DNA of 64,000 nucleotides from a phage: sequence record OZ413487.1; one strand, 5' to 3'. The notes beneath the pieces were generated by a model. The model was given only the letters and a program-made list of their open reading frames with translations, had not been told where the DNA came from and ran no database searches. The position numbers and the translations under genes are program-made. Shown here in pieces: positions 30,635 through 40,333 of this stretch (its first letter is position 1; every line of letters begins with the position of its first letter).

Positions 30635-31029
30635 TGATTACAGGTGTGAAGATTATCCAATACCACTTAACCAAATTGGAAGATGCTGAAAAAGAGCTTG
30701 CAGAAGTTCTGAATAGTGGATATACTTTACTATCATGCGCCTGCTCAGACACATACGCTGTGTGGACACTTATCCGGAAGGAAGAGCCTGCGTGGATCTT
30801 GGTGCCAAACCCTAAGATCATTAGTGAGGTGGATGACTACGCTCAGGACGGCCTGCCAGAAGGCTGGGAAGTATGGGAAGGTGGTGAAAACCCTGCACCA
30901 GGTAAGTGGGTAAAATACAAACTACGTAGCGGTGCACAGTACGCTGACTACTCTGATGACCTGGACTGGAGTCATTCTTCACCAGGATCATCTGCAAGTT
31001 CATATGATATCGTAGCTTTTCAGGAATAA
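30634..31029 (+). CDS. hypothetical protein
   Basis: 131-aa ORF. Confidence 0.5.
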   Translation: MITGVKIIQYHLTKLEDAEKELAEVLNSGYTLLSCACSDTYAVWTLIRKEEPAWILVPNPKIISEVDDYAQDGLPEGWEVWEGGENPAPGKWVKYKLRSGAQYADYSDDLDWSHSSPGSSASSYDIVAFQE

Positions 31030-31041
31030 GGAGAAGAAGGT

Positions 31042-31524
31042 ATGTCAGATTTTATGTGGAAAGTAGGTTACGCAACCCCTGAAATGTGTGAGGCTTGCTT
31101 TGTTAAAATAGGCCGCGAGGATATCGACAAAGTGATCCTTAAGTTTCGTGATGTGGCTGTAATCGGCAACCGAGTGCTTAAGCACTTAAAGAATCTGAAG
31201 CTCACCAAAAAGAAGTTCTTTGGACTTTTCGAAGAGAAGGTTGATGCTTGGACCCATTGCATTCAGGAAGCTAAATCTCACTACAGTGCCATCGTTACTC
31301 CAGAACGGGTAGCAAAGATGGAAGGATTCATCAACAGCACAGAATTTGAGTGCCTAAAGGCTGCCCTTGATAGCTATCCAAAGTGCCTCAAACACCTTGA
31401 CAAGTATGCAGAAAAGGATGGTGAAATGTATCTCACCCTGGACGCATATTATGAGATGCAAGAAATTTTAAATTTAGATTTGACATTGGTATCCACCGAG
31501 TATACAATAGGTATCCGGGTTTAA
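31042..31524 (+). CDS. hypothetical protein
   Basis: 160-aa ORF with RBS AGGAGAAGAAGG; terminator downstream. Confidence 0.55.
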   Translation: MSDFMWKVGYATPEMCEACFVKIGREDIDKVILKFRDVAVIGNRVLKHLKNLKLTKKKFFGLFEEKVDAWTHCIQEAKSHYSAIVTPERVAKMEGFINSTEFECLKAALDSYPKCLKHLDKYAEKDGEMYLTLDAYYEMQEILNLDLTLVSTEYTIGIRV

Positions 31525-31528
31525 CACT

Positions 31529-31558
31529 AGGCCCTGCCCGAAAGGGTGGGGCTTTTTG
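31529..31558 (+). terminator. rho-independent terminator (GCCCUGCCC-GAAA-GGGUGGGGC)
   Basis: 8-bp stem with GNRA loop plus T-tract; an identical hairpin recurs at 42527. Confidence 0.75.
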
Positions 31559-31575
31559 CATTAGGAGACAGCAAA

Positions 31576-32340
31576 TTGAAATTTATCTACAAAGAACACT
31601 ACCACAAAGGTGTTGTGTGGAGTCTATTTGACGGGTCTGGTGGTGCAGTCATTGACTGGGCAAAAGCTGGGTACCTGTGCCTGTGCTTTAATGCAGAAGG
31701 TGCTGATCACGGCAGTTATGCAGAGGTTATAACCGATCATCCCAACATTCACTATGTGGATTATTGGATTGACCCATGGTTCCCTCAGGAAACTTTTTGC
31801 ATGTACCCAGCTCCAGACTTTATTCTTGCATTTCCTCCGTGCACGCATTTAGCGGTATCAGGTGCTGCACATTTTAAGAAAAAGCTGGCTAAGGACCCCA
31901 TGATCCAAATTAATGCTGTAAAGGATGCTCGGGTTGCGGAAGAGCTGGGAGAGATTTACGATTGCCCGTGGCATGTAGAGAATCCTGTGGGTGTTATGTC
32001 CACACTGTGGCGTAAACCTGATTACCGTTTTCATCCTTCTGACTATGGTGGGTATTTACCGGAGGATGATGTAAACCCTTGGTTTCCTGAATTTATAGCT
32101 CCACGTGATGCCTATCCAAAAATAACTTGCGGCTGGATAGGTAATGGATTTATAATCCCGCCCACAAAACCTGTCCCGCAAATAGTTGACGCGGTTAGCG
32201 GGTATTCCATGCAACACGCCAAGCTGGGTGGAAAGAGTGCAAGAACGAAGATGATTCGAAGCCTCACACCACGTGGCTGGGCAAAAGCCGTATTCTTAGC
32301 AAACGAGCCTGTAGTAAGGAGCAGAATTAATGGGAAGTAA
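31576..32340 (+). CDS. DNA (cytosine-5)-methyltransferase-like protein, compact form
   Basis: Motif I (LFDGSGG), motif IV (FPPCTH, with Thr in place of the usual Gln) and motif VI (HVENPVG) in canonical order. Start placed at TTG 31576 after AGGAGA, because the track start at 31546 lies inside the terminator hairpin. Confidence 0.5.
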   Translation: MKFIYKEHYHKGVVWSLFDGSGGAVIDWAKAGYLCLCFNAEGADHGSYAEVITDHPNIHYVDYWIDPWFPQETFCMYPAPDFILAFPPCTHLAVSGAAHFKKKLAKDPMIQINAVKDARVAEELGEIYDCPWHVENPVGVMSTLWRKPDYRFHPSDYGGYLPEDDVNPWFPEFIAPRDAYPKITCGWIGNGFIIPPTKPVPQIVDAVSGYSMQHAKLGGKSARTKMIRSLTPRGWAKAVFLANEPVVRSRINGK

Positions 32341-34408
32341 ATTTATGGCATCTGCATACAACCGTTTCGGTGAGCCAAACCCGAAAGCAACTAAGTATAA
32401 AAGTGGGGGAAGTGTGAAACGAGACTATCGTGATGAAAAAGAGATTGAAACTGTAGAGACTGTTTTAGAAAATACTAAAATCGTCCCTGTCCCACAACAA
32501 AATATCGGTCTGATGGCTGCACAATATTTTGGTGTGCGATCAGCATTGTCCCAAGAAGACGGTGTGACAGTTACTGCAACATATTTCCCATATTACGACC
32601 GCTACGGGAATCTGTCCGGTTTCAAAAAGCGTGACTGGACGATTCCTAAAGAGCAAAGGGGCCATTTCTCCGTTGTTGGCATAGTAAAGGCCAACTCCCA
32701 GATGTTTGGTCAAAAGCTGTGTGCATCTTCCAACAACCGTAAGCAGATTAACGTTTGTGAGGGGGAAGGTGATGTTATTGCAGCATGGCAGGCTGCATAT
32801 CAGATACAAGTAAAAGGGATTCTCACCAACGCTAAAGCCCCGGCAAAGGTGAAGCAGTGGGCTAAAGAAGTCCAGGACGGGATCGATGCAGTTATCAACG
32901 GTGGTGATCTGGCAGGAAAACCATGCCTGCCTTTTGTTGGAATTAACTGTGGATGTGCAAACGCAGTAGATACTTTTGCAAACAATGAGAAGTTTATCCG
33001 TAGCTATGGAACAGTTGTGCTGGCAATGGATAACGATGCAGCTAACGAGGTAGAGAAGCAAAAACACGTCATTAAAGGTGTTGAGGCCACGCACAATATC
33101 GCAGCATTTTTGATGGCTGATAACGTTTACCACGTAGAATACCCTGGTGAAGTAAACGACCCTGACGGTGTAAAAGATATCCGAGACATGCTGAAGGCTA
33201 AAAAGCTGGAAGATATTGTCAACATGTTCCGGCATCCTGTTAAATATGTGCCTGATGCGGTGTCGGATTTAGAAGACTTCTCTATCGAGTCTTTGCGGAA
33301 AAAGACTTCCAACGGGGTAGATATCAGCGCAGAGTTCCCAAAACTGCAAAAAATGCTAAAAGGCTTGCACAAAGGGACACTCGTAATGCTTACAGGTCCA
33401 TCAGGTGGCGGTAAAACAACCGTAGCTAAAAAACTGGAACACTGTATTGCAAGATACCTAATGGACCCGACATGCCCGAAGGCTGATGACTATGAAGAGG
33501 ATGATCGTCTATGTATGATCCATCTTGAGGAGGACCCAGAGGAAGCAATTAACTCCTTGTATGCAAACCAGTTAGGGTTTGATGTTAAAGAGTTTGTTGA
33601 AGATCCTAGCCAGTTTTTAACTGATCAAGAACACGCAGAGATTCACCAATCATGGGCAAAAGCTGGAAAAATCAAAGTGTTCAAACATTTCGGGTCTATT
33701 CCGGTGGATGAGTTGATTACCAAGCTTAAGCAAATGGTTTGCCTGTACCATTGCCGTTATATTGTGCTGGATCACCTGTCCATGGTAATTTCAGGGCTTA
33801 ATGTTAAGGATGAGCGAAAAGAACTGGACATGGCTATGACTCAGCTGGCTGCGTTTTGTAAGCAGTTTAACGTGTTTATCTTGGTGATCGCTCACCTCAA
33901 ACGTACAGAGATTGTGCCTCCTAAGGACAAGGATGGTAACCCGTTACCTTTCTGGTATCCTGTGCGAAAAGAGAATTTGCGAGGATCGGCGGGGCTTGAA
34001 CAGTTGAGTTGGGTAGTCATAGGTGTCGAGGCCGAAGAAATGGTGGATCGTTCTCGTGGACGTGTCCGTCTGGTAGGTCTTAAAAACCGTCCAGCAAAAA
34101 CTCTAGGTATTGCTGACACTTTGGTTATGGACCCGCACACAGGTAAGTTCCATGATGCCAGTAATTGGTACTGGGACAAAGAAATGCAGATGTTTACAGA
34201 CGGAGAAGGTGGGGAGGTTGTTTGGAGACCTCAGGCCATGTTTGAGGACCAAGAGCATGCAGTTGTAGAAACACCTATGGGCAAGGTTGTAGCCGATAAG
34301 GTTGTAACTCCTACTATTAAGCCTGTTGACACGCAGGAAGACCTCCAGTACGATGATCCATCCTCTGATCCGGTCCCCGGTTTTGAGGATGATGAAACAC
34401 CTTTTTAA
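32330..34408 (+). CDS. bifunctional DNA primase / helicase (T7 gp4-like)
   Basis: TOPRIM-like acidic motifs (VCEGEGDVIAAWQ, VLAMDNDAANE) in the N-terminal half; RecA-like helicase Walker A (LTGPSGGGKTT) and ILVIAHLKR in the C-terminal half. Confidence 0.7.
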   Translation: MGSKFMASAYNRFGEPNPKATKYKSGGSVKRDYRDEKEIETVETVLENTKIVPVPQQNIGLMAAQYFGVRSALSQEDGVTVTATYFPYYDRYGNLSGFKKRDWTIPKEQRGHFSVVGIVKANSQMFGQKLCASSNNRKQINVCEGEGDVIAAWQAAYQIQVKGILTNAKAPAKVKQWAKEVQDGIDAVINGGDLAGKPCLPFVGINCGCANAVDTFANNEKFIRSYGTVVLAMDNDAANEVEKQKHVIKGVEATHNIAAFLMADNVYHVEYPGEVNDPDGVKDIRDMLKAKKLEDIVNMFRHPVKYVPDAVSDLEDFSIESLRKKTSNGVDISAEFPKLQKMLKGLHKGTLVMLTGPSGGGKTTVAKKLEHCIARYLMDPTCPKADDYEEDDRLCMIHLEEDPEEAINSLYANQLGFDVKEFVEDPSQFLTDQEHAEIHQSWAKAGKIKVFKHFGSIPVDELITKLKQMVCLYHCRYIVLDHLSMVISGLNVKDERKELDMAMTQLAAFCKQFNVFILVIAHLKRTEIVPPKDKDGNPLPFWYPVRKENLRGSAGLEQLSWVVIGVEAEEMVDRSRGRVRLVGLKNRPAKTLGIADTLVMDPHTGKFHDASNWYWDKEMQMFTDGEGGEVVWRPQAMFEDQEHAVVETPMGKVVADKVVTPTIKPVDTQEDLQYDDPSSDPVPGFEDDETPF

Positions 34409-34466
34409 TGTTTAACAAAGAGTGGGAGGGGTAGTACAACCGCCTCCCCTTTAAGGAGAACTGTAT

Positions 34467-36890
34467 ATGAGCATGTGGTCGTTCGACTTTGAGTCATCCG
34501 GTTTGCTGGAAGACCCAGATCTTTATTATCACTGCGGCCTGTTTAAAGAGCTGAATAAGAACCGTTTTATGCTGTTCCTTCCTCTAAATGACCGCACACA
34601 CTACTCCGAGGAGGATATAGAAAAGGCTAAGAACTTCATTCTGGCAAAGAAAACTCTTTATAAAGATTTTGAAGTTCGCATAGCAGATTTTTCAGAGTTG
34701 GAAGGTTGGCTTACAGGAAATTCTGACTGGTCACCAACAGCTTTGAACTGCCATAACTGCTACAGTTATGACTTTATGCTGATGGAAAGATTATCTGGTA
34801 TTCATTTTGATATGTTCCGTGATCCTAAATGTATGGGGACTATCAACGATCACCAGGTTAACCTGTTTGATACGTTGGCGATGAGCCGAATCTTGTGGCC
34901 TGATCGCCCTTTACCAAAAGGTTGTCCGGACTCTGTATTCAACCCGGTTACTAAGAAAATGCAGCCTGTTGGTCCTCACGGCCTTATGGCATGGGGCTAC
35001 GCCCTTGGTAACCAGAAAGTTCAAATTGATGACTGGCGCGATCTTCCGTTGTGGAAGTATGTGGATCGTGTATTCGAGGACGTTATCATCCAGGAGCTGC
35101 TCTGGAAAGAGCTGGTAGCGGAATCAAAAGGTGTATTCTACGGCAAATCTGACATGCAGAACTTTATGTACGATCCGGCCAAAGAGAAGCCGAAAGGGTT
35201 CAAGAAGATCACCTGGAAGAACGCATTACGTCGAGGCATGCTGCAGCACTTCCTGATGGAGCTGCAGGCCCGTCAGGGTGTATACTTCGACATAGATGGA
35301 GCTATTGCTTTACGTGACCGTTGCGATGCGTGGATGAAAGAAATCGCTGATCGTGTTGAACCACAACTACCTTTAAAAGAGCTGTCAATGTCTCAGCGGC
35401 CCAAGTTCCCTGAAAAGCCGTTTAACCAAGACGGGACAATCTCTAATAATGGTTGGAAATGGTTAAAAGATAAGCTTGGCTATCCTGTAGACATGAGTGC
35501 TTTAGAGTTCAAAGCCCTGCCTAAGCGAGCATTTACCTCTACAGGAGATGTCAGCAAGATGGGGATAAAATGGTGTGAAGAGATGGGCTGCAAAGACCCC
35601 GATAAGATGGCTGATTTCTTGAGAGGCTATATTAAGGGCACCTCCACACCACAACCCTTACCTAAAGAGCTGATGGATCAGGCAATAAGTGATCTGCAGC
35701 AGAAGCGAATGCCTGACTGCAAGATACCTATGAAAATCAGCAATCAGGACGACATCAAGCGATACCTAATCAGTGCTGGTTGGCTCCCAACAATGTGGAG
35801 AACTAAAGATGTAACTAAAGACAGCAAGAAGAAAGCTTTACCTGATGCAGATGTTGATGCACGAGTATATGCATATATGGACGAGCTTTTGGAGTCAGAG
35901 TATTGTGACCTAATTATCAACTTCTGGAACAAAACTGATGCTAAGTTCCAGACAACCGTGCACAAGTTCCGAAGCTTTCCTAACTCCGAAAGGATTAAAA
36001 AGGAAGTATTCGGGAAAATACGTAGAAAAGCCAGGGCACTTATTACTTCTCCGCAACTGAAAGATACGTTTGGACACCTATGCCCAAATCTTGAAAAATT
36101 GAACGGAGAGATGGCTAAAGATATCGTCTTGTGGTTATCATTGCGAAACCGCAGATCGGTCCTTGATCCAATCAAGGAGGATAAGGTTGATACTGGTCTT
36201 CTTAATCACCCACGTTTGAAGATTGACCATAAGCTTCCTGCTAAAAGCTCTGGATTAACAAACACTTCCAGACAGAAACACAGTATTTGTGCAAACATGC
36301 CTAAACCATCTCCTAAAGTAGTTATGGGTAAAGAGATGCGTAGTCTGTGGGGTGTTCCTCCAGGATACTTTGAGATCGGTATTGACGGGTCCAACTTAGA
36401 GCAGCTCATCGGGGCTTGGGGTGCCTTTGAGTTCGACAACGGCTTGTATTATGATGTTGTAAGTAACGGAGACGCACACCAAAACAATGCTGAGGCATAT
36501 ACAAAAGTGGCAGGCAGAGAGGTGTCCCGTAACGACGGTAAACCTATCACGTATGGGGTTATGTACGGGGCACAAAAAGATAAAGTTGCAGATATGCTGG
36601 ACATCTCCCCAGAGTTGGGACAAAGGGTAATCGATGCACTCTGGGATGCCAACCCAGGTCTTAAGGGGCGCAAAGAGGATCTGGAGAAATTCTGGGAAGC
36701 AACAGGTAAGAAGTTTATCTACTCTTTTGATGGTCATGCTATCTGGACCCGATCTAAACACTCTTTACTTAATGCATACCAACAAAATGGCGGTGCATCG
36801 TTGTGTGACTTAGTTGGAATACTCATGCACCACCAGATGGTGAAGCGTGGGTGGTACGATGAAGGTGTTCGTCGTATTATTTATTACCAT
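34467..36890 (+). CDS. family A DNA polymerase (T7 gp5-like), exon 1 (ends at the His codon of the HDE motif)
   Basis: 3'-5' exo motifs (FDFESSGL, YSYDFM), HGLMAWGYALG (compare T7 HALEAWGYRLG), polymerase motif A (GIDGSNLEQL), motif B (RNDGKPITYGVMYG) and QQNGGASLCDL. The reading frame hits a stop two codons after ...IIYYH. Confidence 0.8.
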
Positions 36891-37166
36891 AAATAACATT
36901 GTGGCTTCATAGAGTAATCTATGTCGAATAACCTCTTTAACTGCGGGAAGCCTAAACCTTATGGCAAGGTAATCCGCAACGAAGCGCTCAAAAGAGCGAA
37001 CGCTCAGAGGCCATTCCGAAAGGAAGTAGACCAGCAAGTGCGGTCGAAATGGGAGGATTCCTGTGGTTGCTTATCATAGGAATATGAGATGGTCCGATCC
37101 TACGTGAAAACGTATGGCTATGCACGTAATGGTGCGGGGTAGCTTAACGACCTACCTGAACTATTG
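36891..37166 (+). other. intervening sequence in the DNA polymerase gene; candidate group I self-splicing intron
   Basis: 276 nt with no credible ORF. The 5' exon ends in U (CAU), the insert ends in G (...CUAUUG), and a GUGG near its 5' end can pair with exon CCAU to form P1 with a U-G wobble. Joining the flanks restores IIYYH-DEYQLQV. Confidence 0.6.
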
Positions 37167-37520
37167 GATGAGTACCAACTTCAAGTGCCTGACACACCGA
37201 AGTATAAGACTGTGTACACCTTCGACACAATTGAAGAACTGGAAGCATTTAAGGCAGAGCAGGAAGCCAAACTTCATGTGTTCGACGGTCATAAGTACAA
37301 AAAGGCACGCAAGGATGAGGACGGAAACGAAGTGGTTGACAGAGACGGAAACACGGTGTACGATCCTATCCTGAACGATGACGGAAAGCTTGAACTTATC
37401 TGGAGCCCTGTGGGTGAAATGGTGGTACATTGCTTCTGGCAAGCTTCTAAAATGATGGGAGTCCCGTTCCAGATCACAGGTGAATACTTGTGTGGTCGTA
37501 ATTGGGGTGATTGTCACTAA
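37167..37520 (+). CDS. family A DNA polymerase, exon 2 (C-terminal segment)
   Basis: Begins with DE, completing HDE. Ends ...ITGEYLCGRNWGDCH, like the T7 gp5 C-terminus (...GKMGPNWAICH). No RBS or ATG of its own. Confidence 0.7.
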   Translation, partial: DEYQLQVPDTPKYKTVYTFDTIEELEAFKAEQEAKLHVFDGHKYKKARKDEDGNEVVDRDGNTVYDPILNDDGKLELIWSPVGEMVVHCFWQASKMMGVPFQITGEYLCGRNWGDCH

Positions 37521-37569
37521 TGTAAACTATCAACACATGGAAGTGTTGTTGAGCAAAGAGGAGACTTTT

Positions 37570-37854
37570 ATGGTAGTAGAACCAACAAAAACATTTACAT
37601 CCATGACTATCCCTGTTATTATGCAGGTGGAGTGTGTTCAGGTATCTCAAGTGTGGCCTGGCACCAAAATCCCAACAGGGCCTGATTTCTTTCAGGTTGG
37701 GAAAGTGTACAATGTCTGGAAGGCACCAGATTGTTACCCTTTCATTAAAGATGACCGTGGGATGCTGTGGTACCTTGGAAATGACTTGACACTGCACCTT
37801 GGGAATACTATTATTGCAGTATTCAGACTTAACAAGAAGGAGACCGATCAATGA
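37570..37854 (+). CDS. small protein, paralogue family member (FxxGKxY ... DDxG.W motif)
   Basis: ATG at 37570 after AGAGGAGA. Carries FQVGKVYNVW ... KDDRGMLWYL. Confidence 0.55.
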   Translation: MVVEPTKTFTSMTIPVIMQVECVQVSQVWPGTKIPTGPDFFQVGKVYNVWKAPDCYPFIKDDRGMLWYLGNDLTLHLGNTIIAVFRLNKKETDQ

Positions 37855-38078
37855 CGACTTTGGTTAAAGCTACCTTTGTAGAAGAAAAGATGACAGACCT
37901 GTCATTCTTTAAAGAAGGAAAGACCTACGAGGTTTATTACGATAAAGCTCGTGCAAACAAAATGATTAAAGACGAGGAAGGGGTTGCCTGGTATATCTCT
38001 CACCTGGCAAACGGTGAGTATCATATCTACGGAACCACTTTGCTTGCCAAGTTTGTAGTTGTTGAAGAGGACCTATGA
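37851..38078 (+). CDS. small protein, paralogue family member
   Basis: FKEGKTYEVYY ... KDEEGVAWYI; ATGA coupling. Confidence 0.55.
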   Translation: MTTLVKATFVEEKMTDLSFFKEGKTYEVYYDKARANKMIKDEEGVAWYISHLANGEYHIYGTTLLAKFVVVEEDL

Positions 38079-38269
38079 AAGTAAAGTATCTTGCTGAAGG
38101 TATGAATAGGTATTTTACCCTTGGTGAAGAATATTGGCCCTTTACAAACAACGGCGATGTCTACGTGAAAGATAATTTCGGCACGCCGTGGTTTCTGCAC
38201 TCTAATGGGCTGGGATACTCCATTTACTGCGGTGCAGTGAACAACACAACTCTTGCAGAGTTCGTTTAG
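38075..38269 (+). CDS. small protein, paralogue family member
   Basis: FTLGEEYWPF ... DNFGTPWFL. Confidence 0.5.
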   Translation: MKVKYLAEGMNRYFTLGEEYWPFTNNGDVYVKDNFGTPWFLHSNGLGYSIYCGAVNNTTLAEFV

Positions 38270-38279
38270 AGGAGGTAGG

Positions 38280-38651
38280 ATGTTAGTAAAAGGTACCCAC
38301 ACAGTCAAACAACGTATTGAAGTTGAGATTGATGATTGTGAGCTGAAGCATATTTTACGGTCATGCTCCAACGTTTTGCTCCTTAGTATTCTTCAGGAGC
38401 GAGCGGAGAACGAGTTCTTAAATGCATTGGCAGGCCGTCCCGGTGACTTCTGTGTGCGTAAGCGTGGTGACAACAAGTCGTGGTTGTGGGAGATCGATGC
38501 CGACTGGGATTACCACAAAAATGAGGGTATAGATGAGCCTATTCGTGAACTGACGGACAAAGAGATTCAGATGTACAATGAAGTTTGTCATTGGGCAACA
38601 CGCCAACAAATTTACCTAGACCCTGTGTGGCTGATTGAAAATAGTCGTTGA
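38280..38651 (+). CDS. hypothetical protein
   Basis: ATG at 38280 after GGAGGTAGG. Confidence 0.55.
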   Translation: MLVKGTHTVKQRIEVEIDDCELKHILRSCSNVLLLSILQERAENEFLNALAGRPGDFCVRKRGDNKSWLWEIDADWDYHKNEGIDEPIRELTDKEIQMYNEVCHWATRQQIYLDPVWLIENSR

Positions 38652-38676
38652 CAAGAAGTAAGGCTAGATGTAAGAT
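38648..38676 (+). promoter_or_regulatory. sigma70-type promoter (TTGACA-N17-TAAGAT)
   Basis: Upstream context AATAGTCGTTGACAA recurs at 47229. Confidence 0.5.
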
Positions 38677-38727
38677 ACTCCCCACAAACAGAGTATTGAT
38701 TGTTAAATAATTAAGGAGACCTCTAAG

Positions 38728-38982
38728 ATGAAAATCATGTTGAAACCAGAATGCGTTGCAAACGACCGAGCTTTTAAAGATTGCACACTTGGCGCTACTT
38801 ATGAAGCAGAGTTTTGTGAGAACCCTTTGGTAAAAGCCCTTTTGGAAGAAGGGGCCCCTCTATCACAAGAAGAGCTTGATGAGCTGGAAAACTCAGCACA
38901 GTGCCTTACCTTTAAAGATGATGAAGGAGACTCTGTCTGGTGCACTGTTAATGAAGTAGTTTTTGTAAAACCTGAACATTAA
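38728..38982 (+). CDS. small acidic protein, paralogue family member
   Basis: CTLGATYEAEF ... KDDEGDSVWC; RBS AAGGAGA. Confidence 0.55.
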   Translation: MKIMLKPECVANDRAFKDCTLGATYEAEFCENPLVKALLEEGAPLSQEELDELENSAQCLTFKDDEGDSVWCTVNEVVFVKPEH

Positions 38983-38985
38983 TAC

Positions 38986-39014
38986 TTGACAACAGTGATG
39001 GGGCCTAATATAAT
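38986..39014 (+). promoter_or_regulatory. consensus sigma70 promoter (TTGACA-N17-TATAAT)
   Basis: Perfect -35 and -10 hexamers with a 17-nt spacer. Confidence 0.65.
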
Positions 39015-39045
39015 GGCCCTATCAAAACGAAAGGGGACCACAGCA

Positions 39046-39306
39046 ATGACCAAACAATATCAACGAATTAAAGCCAAGGTTAAGCCAGACTATCTGGAGA
39101 AAGACTCTGCTTTTCGGGACTGCACAGCCGACAAAGTTTACACAGGGGCTGTCCTGTTGAACGATAAACTTGAAGTAGATGTGCTGGGTAAAGAGGCCGT
39201 TATCGAGGATGACAACGGTGACTGGGTTTTCTGCACCACACGAGAGCTAGAAGTCTTAGAATATTTCGGTGAAATCTTCAACTCCTTAGACGACGAGGAA
39301 GCGTGA
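39046..39306 (+). CDS. small acidic protein, paralogue family member
   Basis: Start moved to the ATG at 39046, downstream of the promoter. CTADKVYTGAV ... EDDNGDWVFC. Confidence 0.5.
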   Translation: MTKQYQRIKAKVKPDYLEKDSAFRDCTADKVYTGAVLLNDKLEVDVLGKEAVIEDDNGDWVFCTTRELEVLEYFGEIFNSLDDEEA

Positions 39307-39695
39307 TGAAAAATATTTGGGATATCGATATCTTTGAAGCCTCTAAGCTTGACGGTGCTGATGGAGTGATTATGGTGTCTGATGGCAAGGCAACACTAAC
39401 TTCCGGAGATATCATCTATGCCTTGGACGAGCTGGCGCTTCTGAAATCTACCGGTAACACTTTGGAGGAGCGTCTTCAAGGATTCGCTTTCAAAGAAGGT
39501 ACAAATACAGCCATGATGTGCACCACACGGACAGTTCAGGTTGGTAACGGTGTCTATATGATTATTGCTGTGTGTCCTAAATTCAGCAACGTCAACAAAG
39601 ATGATGCTGACGCGGTCAACGATGTGGTTGTTCTCTTCGTGGGTGACGCTATGGCAGATCTGATGAATGCAGGAGAAGCAGCAAATGAAGACTGA
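39306..39695 (+). CDS. hypothetical protein
   Basis: ATG at 39306 overlapping the upstream stop. Confidence 0.5.
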   Translation: MKNIWDIDIFEASKLDGADGVIMVSDGKATLTSGDIIYALDELALLKSTGNTLEERLQGFAFKEGTNTAMMCTTRTVQVGNGVYMIIAVCPKFSNVNKDDADAVNDVVVLFVGDAMADLMNAGEAANED

Positions 39696-39987
39696 AAACA
39701 TCACCCCAGCAGGGTTCTTAAAAGTATACCGTGAACTGCTATATACTACAGAGGACAGTGTTCTAGAGTATCCAGAATATCTTTTGCTGTATAAGTATCT
39801 GCAGGAGGCTGGTGAAAATCTGCCAGTTAGTGCAGAAGGTGGTCCAAACTGGATATACAGCGCATGGAGAAAGGTTGACATTCTCCCAGACCCAGGTAAA
39901 GATATGGTAGTTTGGCAGCTTATCAACAACATCGGGATTCCAATCTTTGATGAAGCTGTTAAAATCTATTTTGAACTTGACGATTAA
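39667..39987 (+). CDS. hypothetical protein
   Basis: 106-aa ORF; the true start may be the ATG at 39685. Confidence 0.45.
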   Translation: MQEKQQMKTENITPAGFLKVYRELLYTTEDSVLEYPEYLLLYKYLQEAGENLPVSAEGGPNWIYSAWRKVDILPDPGKDMVVWQLINNIGIPIFDEAVKIYFELDD

Positions 39988-40004
39988 TATCAGGAGACCT
40001 TAAG

Positions 40005-40250
40005 ATGACTGAAGCAGTTGCTCGCGCAGGACAGAAAGTACGTTGTGTTGAAGTAGGTTTTGGTGGCAAAGGGTGTCAAAACTTGACTCAAGGTAAGGAA
40101 TACGCTGTTATCTCTGGGGGTGGAGACGAAAGTATTGTGTTCGAGGGCCACATCCTGGATGCTGAAAACTTTGAAATCTTTGACGACGATGGGGACCCGA
40201 TCACCTGCCTGCTGGACGGGAATTGGGGAACTTTCGAAGTGATTGGCTAA
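40005..40250 (+). CDS. small protein, paralogue family member
   Basis: LTQGKEYAVIS ... DDDGDPITC; RBS CAGGAGA. Confidence 0.55.
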   Translation: MTEAVARAGQKVRCVEVGFGGKGCQNLTQGKEYAVISGGGDESIVFEGHILDAENFEIFDDDGDPITCLLDGNWGTFEVIG

Positions 40251-40333
40251 CAAATACCTATTGTAATTTACAGAAGGGGATGCTAAAATAGTGTCTCCTT
40301 CTATGTTGTTCAAATAAAATCGGAGATTCCATA

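Noticed and set aside
36891-37166. Alternative reading: the polymerase is a genuinely split two-subunit enzyme rather than intron-containing.
   Set aside because: The downstream segment lacks an ATG and RBS, and the break falls inside the catalytic HDE triad with U / G splice-site hallmarks. Not fully excluded without RNA data.
37114-37374. Plus-strand track ORF (86 aa) starting inside the putative intron and running into polymerase exon 2 in another frame.
   Set aside because: It begins within the ORF-less intervening sequence, has no RBS, and overlaps out of frame with the segment that completes the polymerase HDE motif and C-terminus; treated as an artefact.
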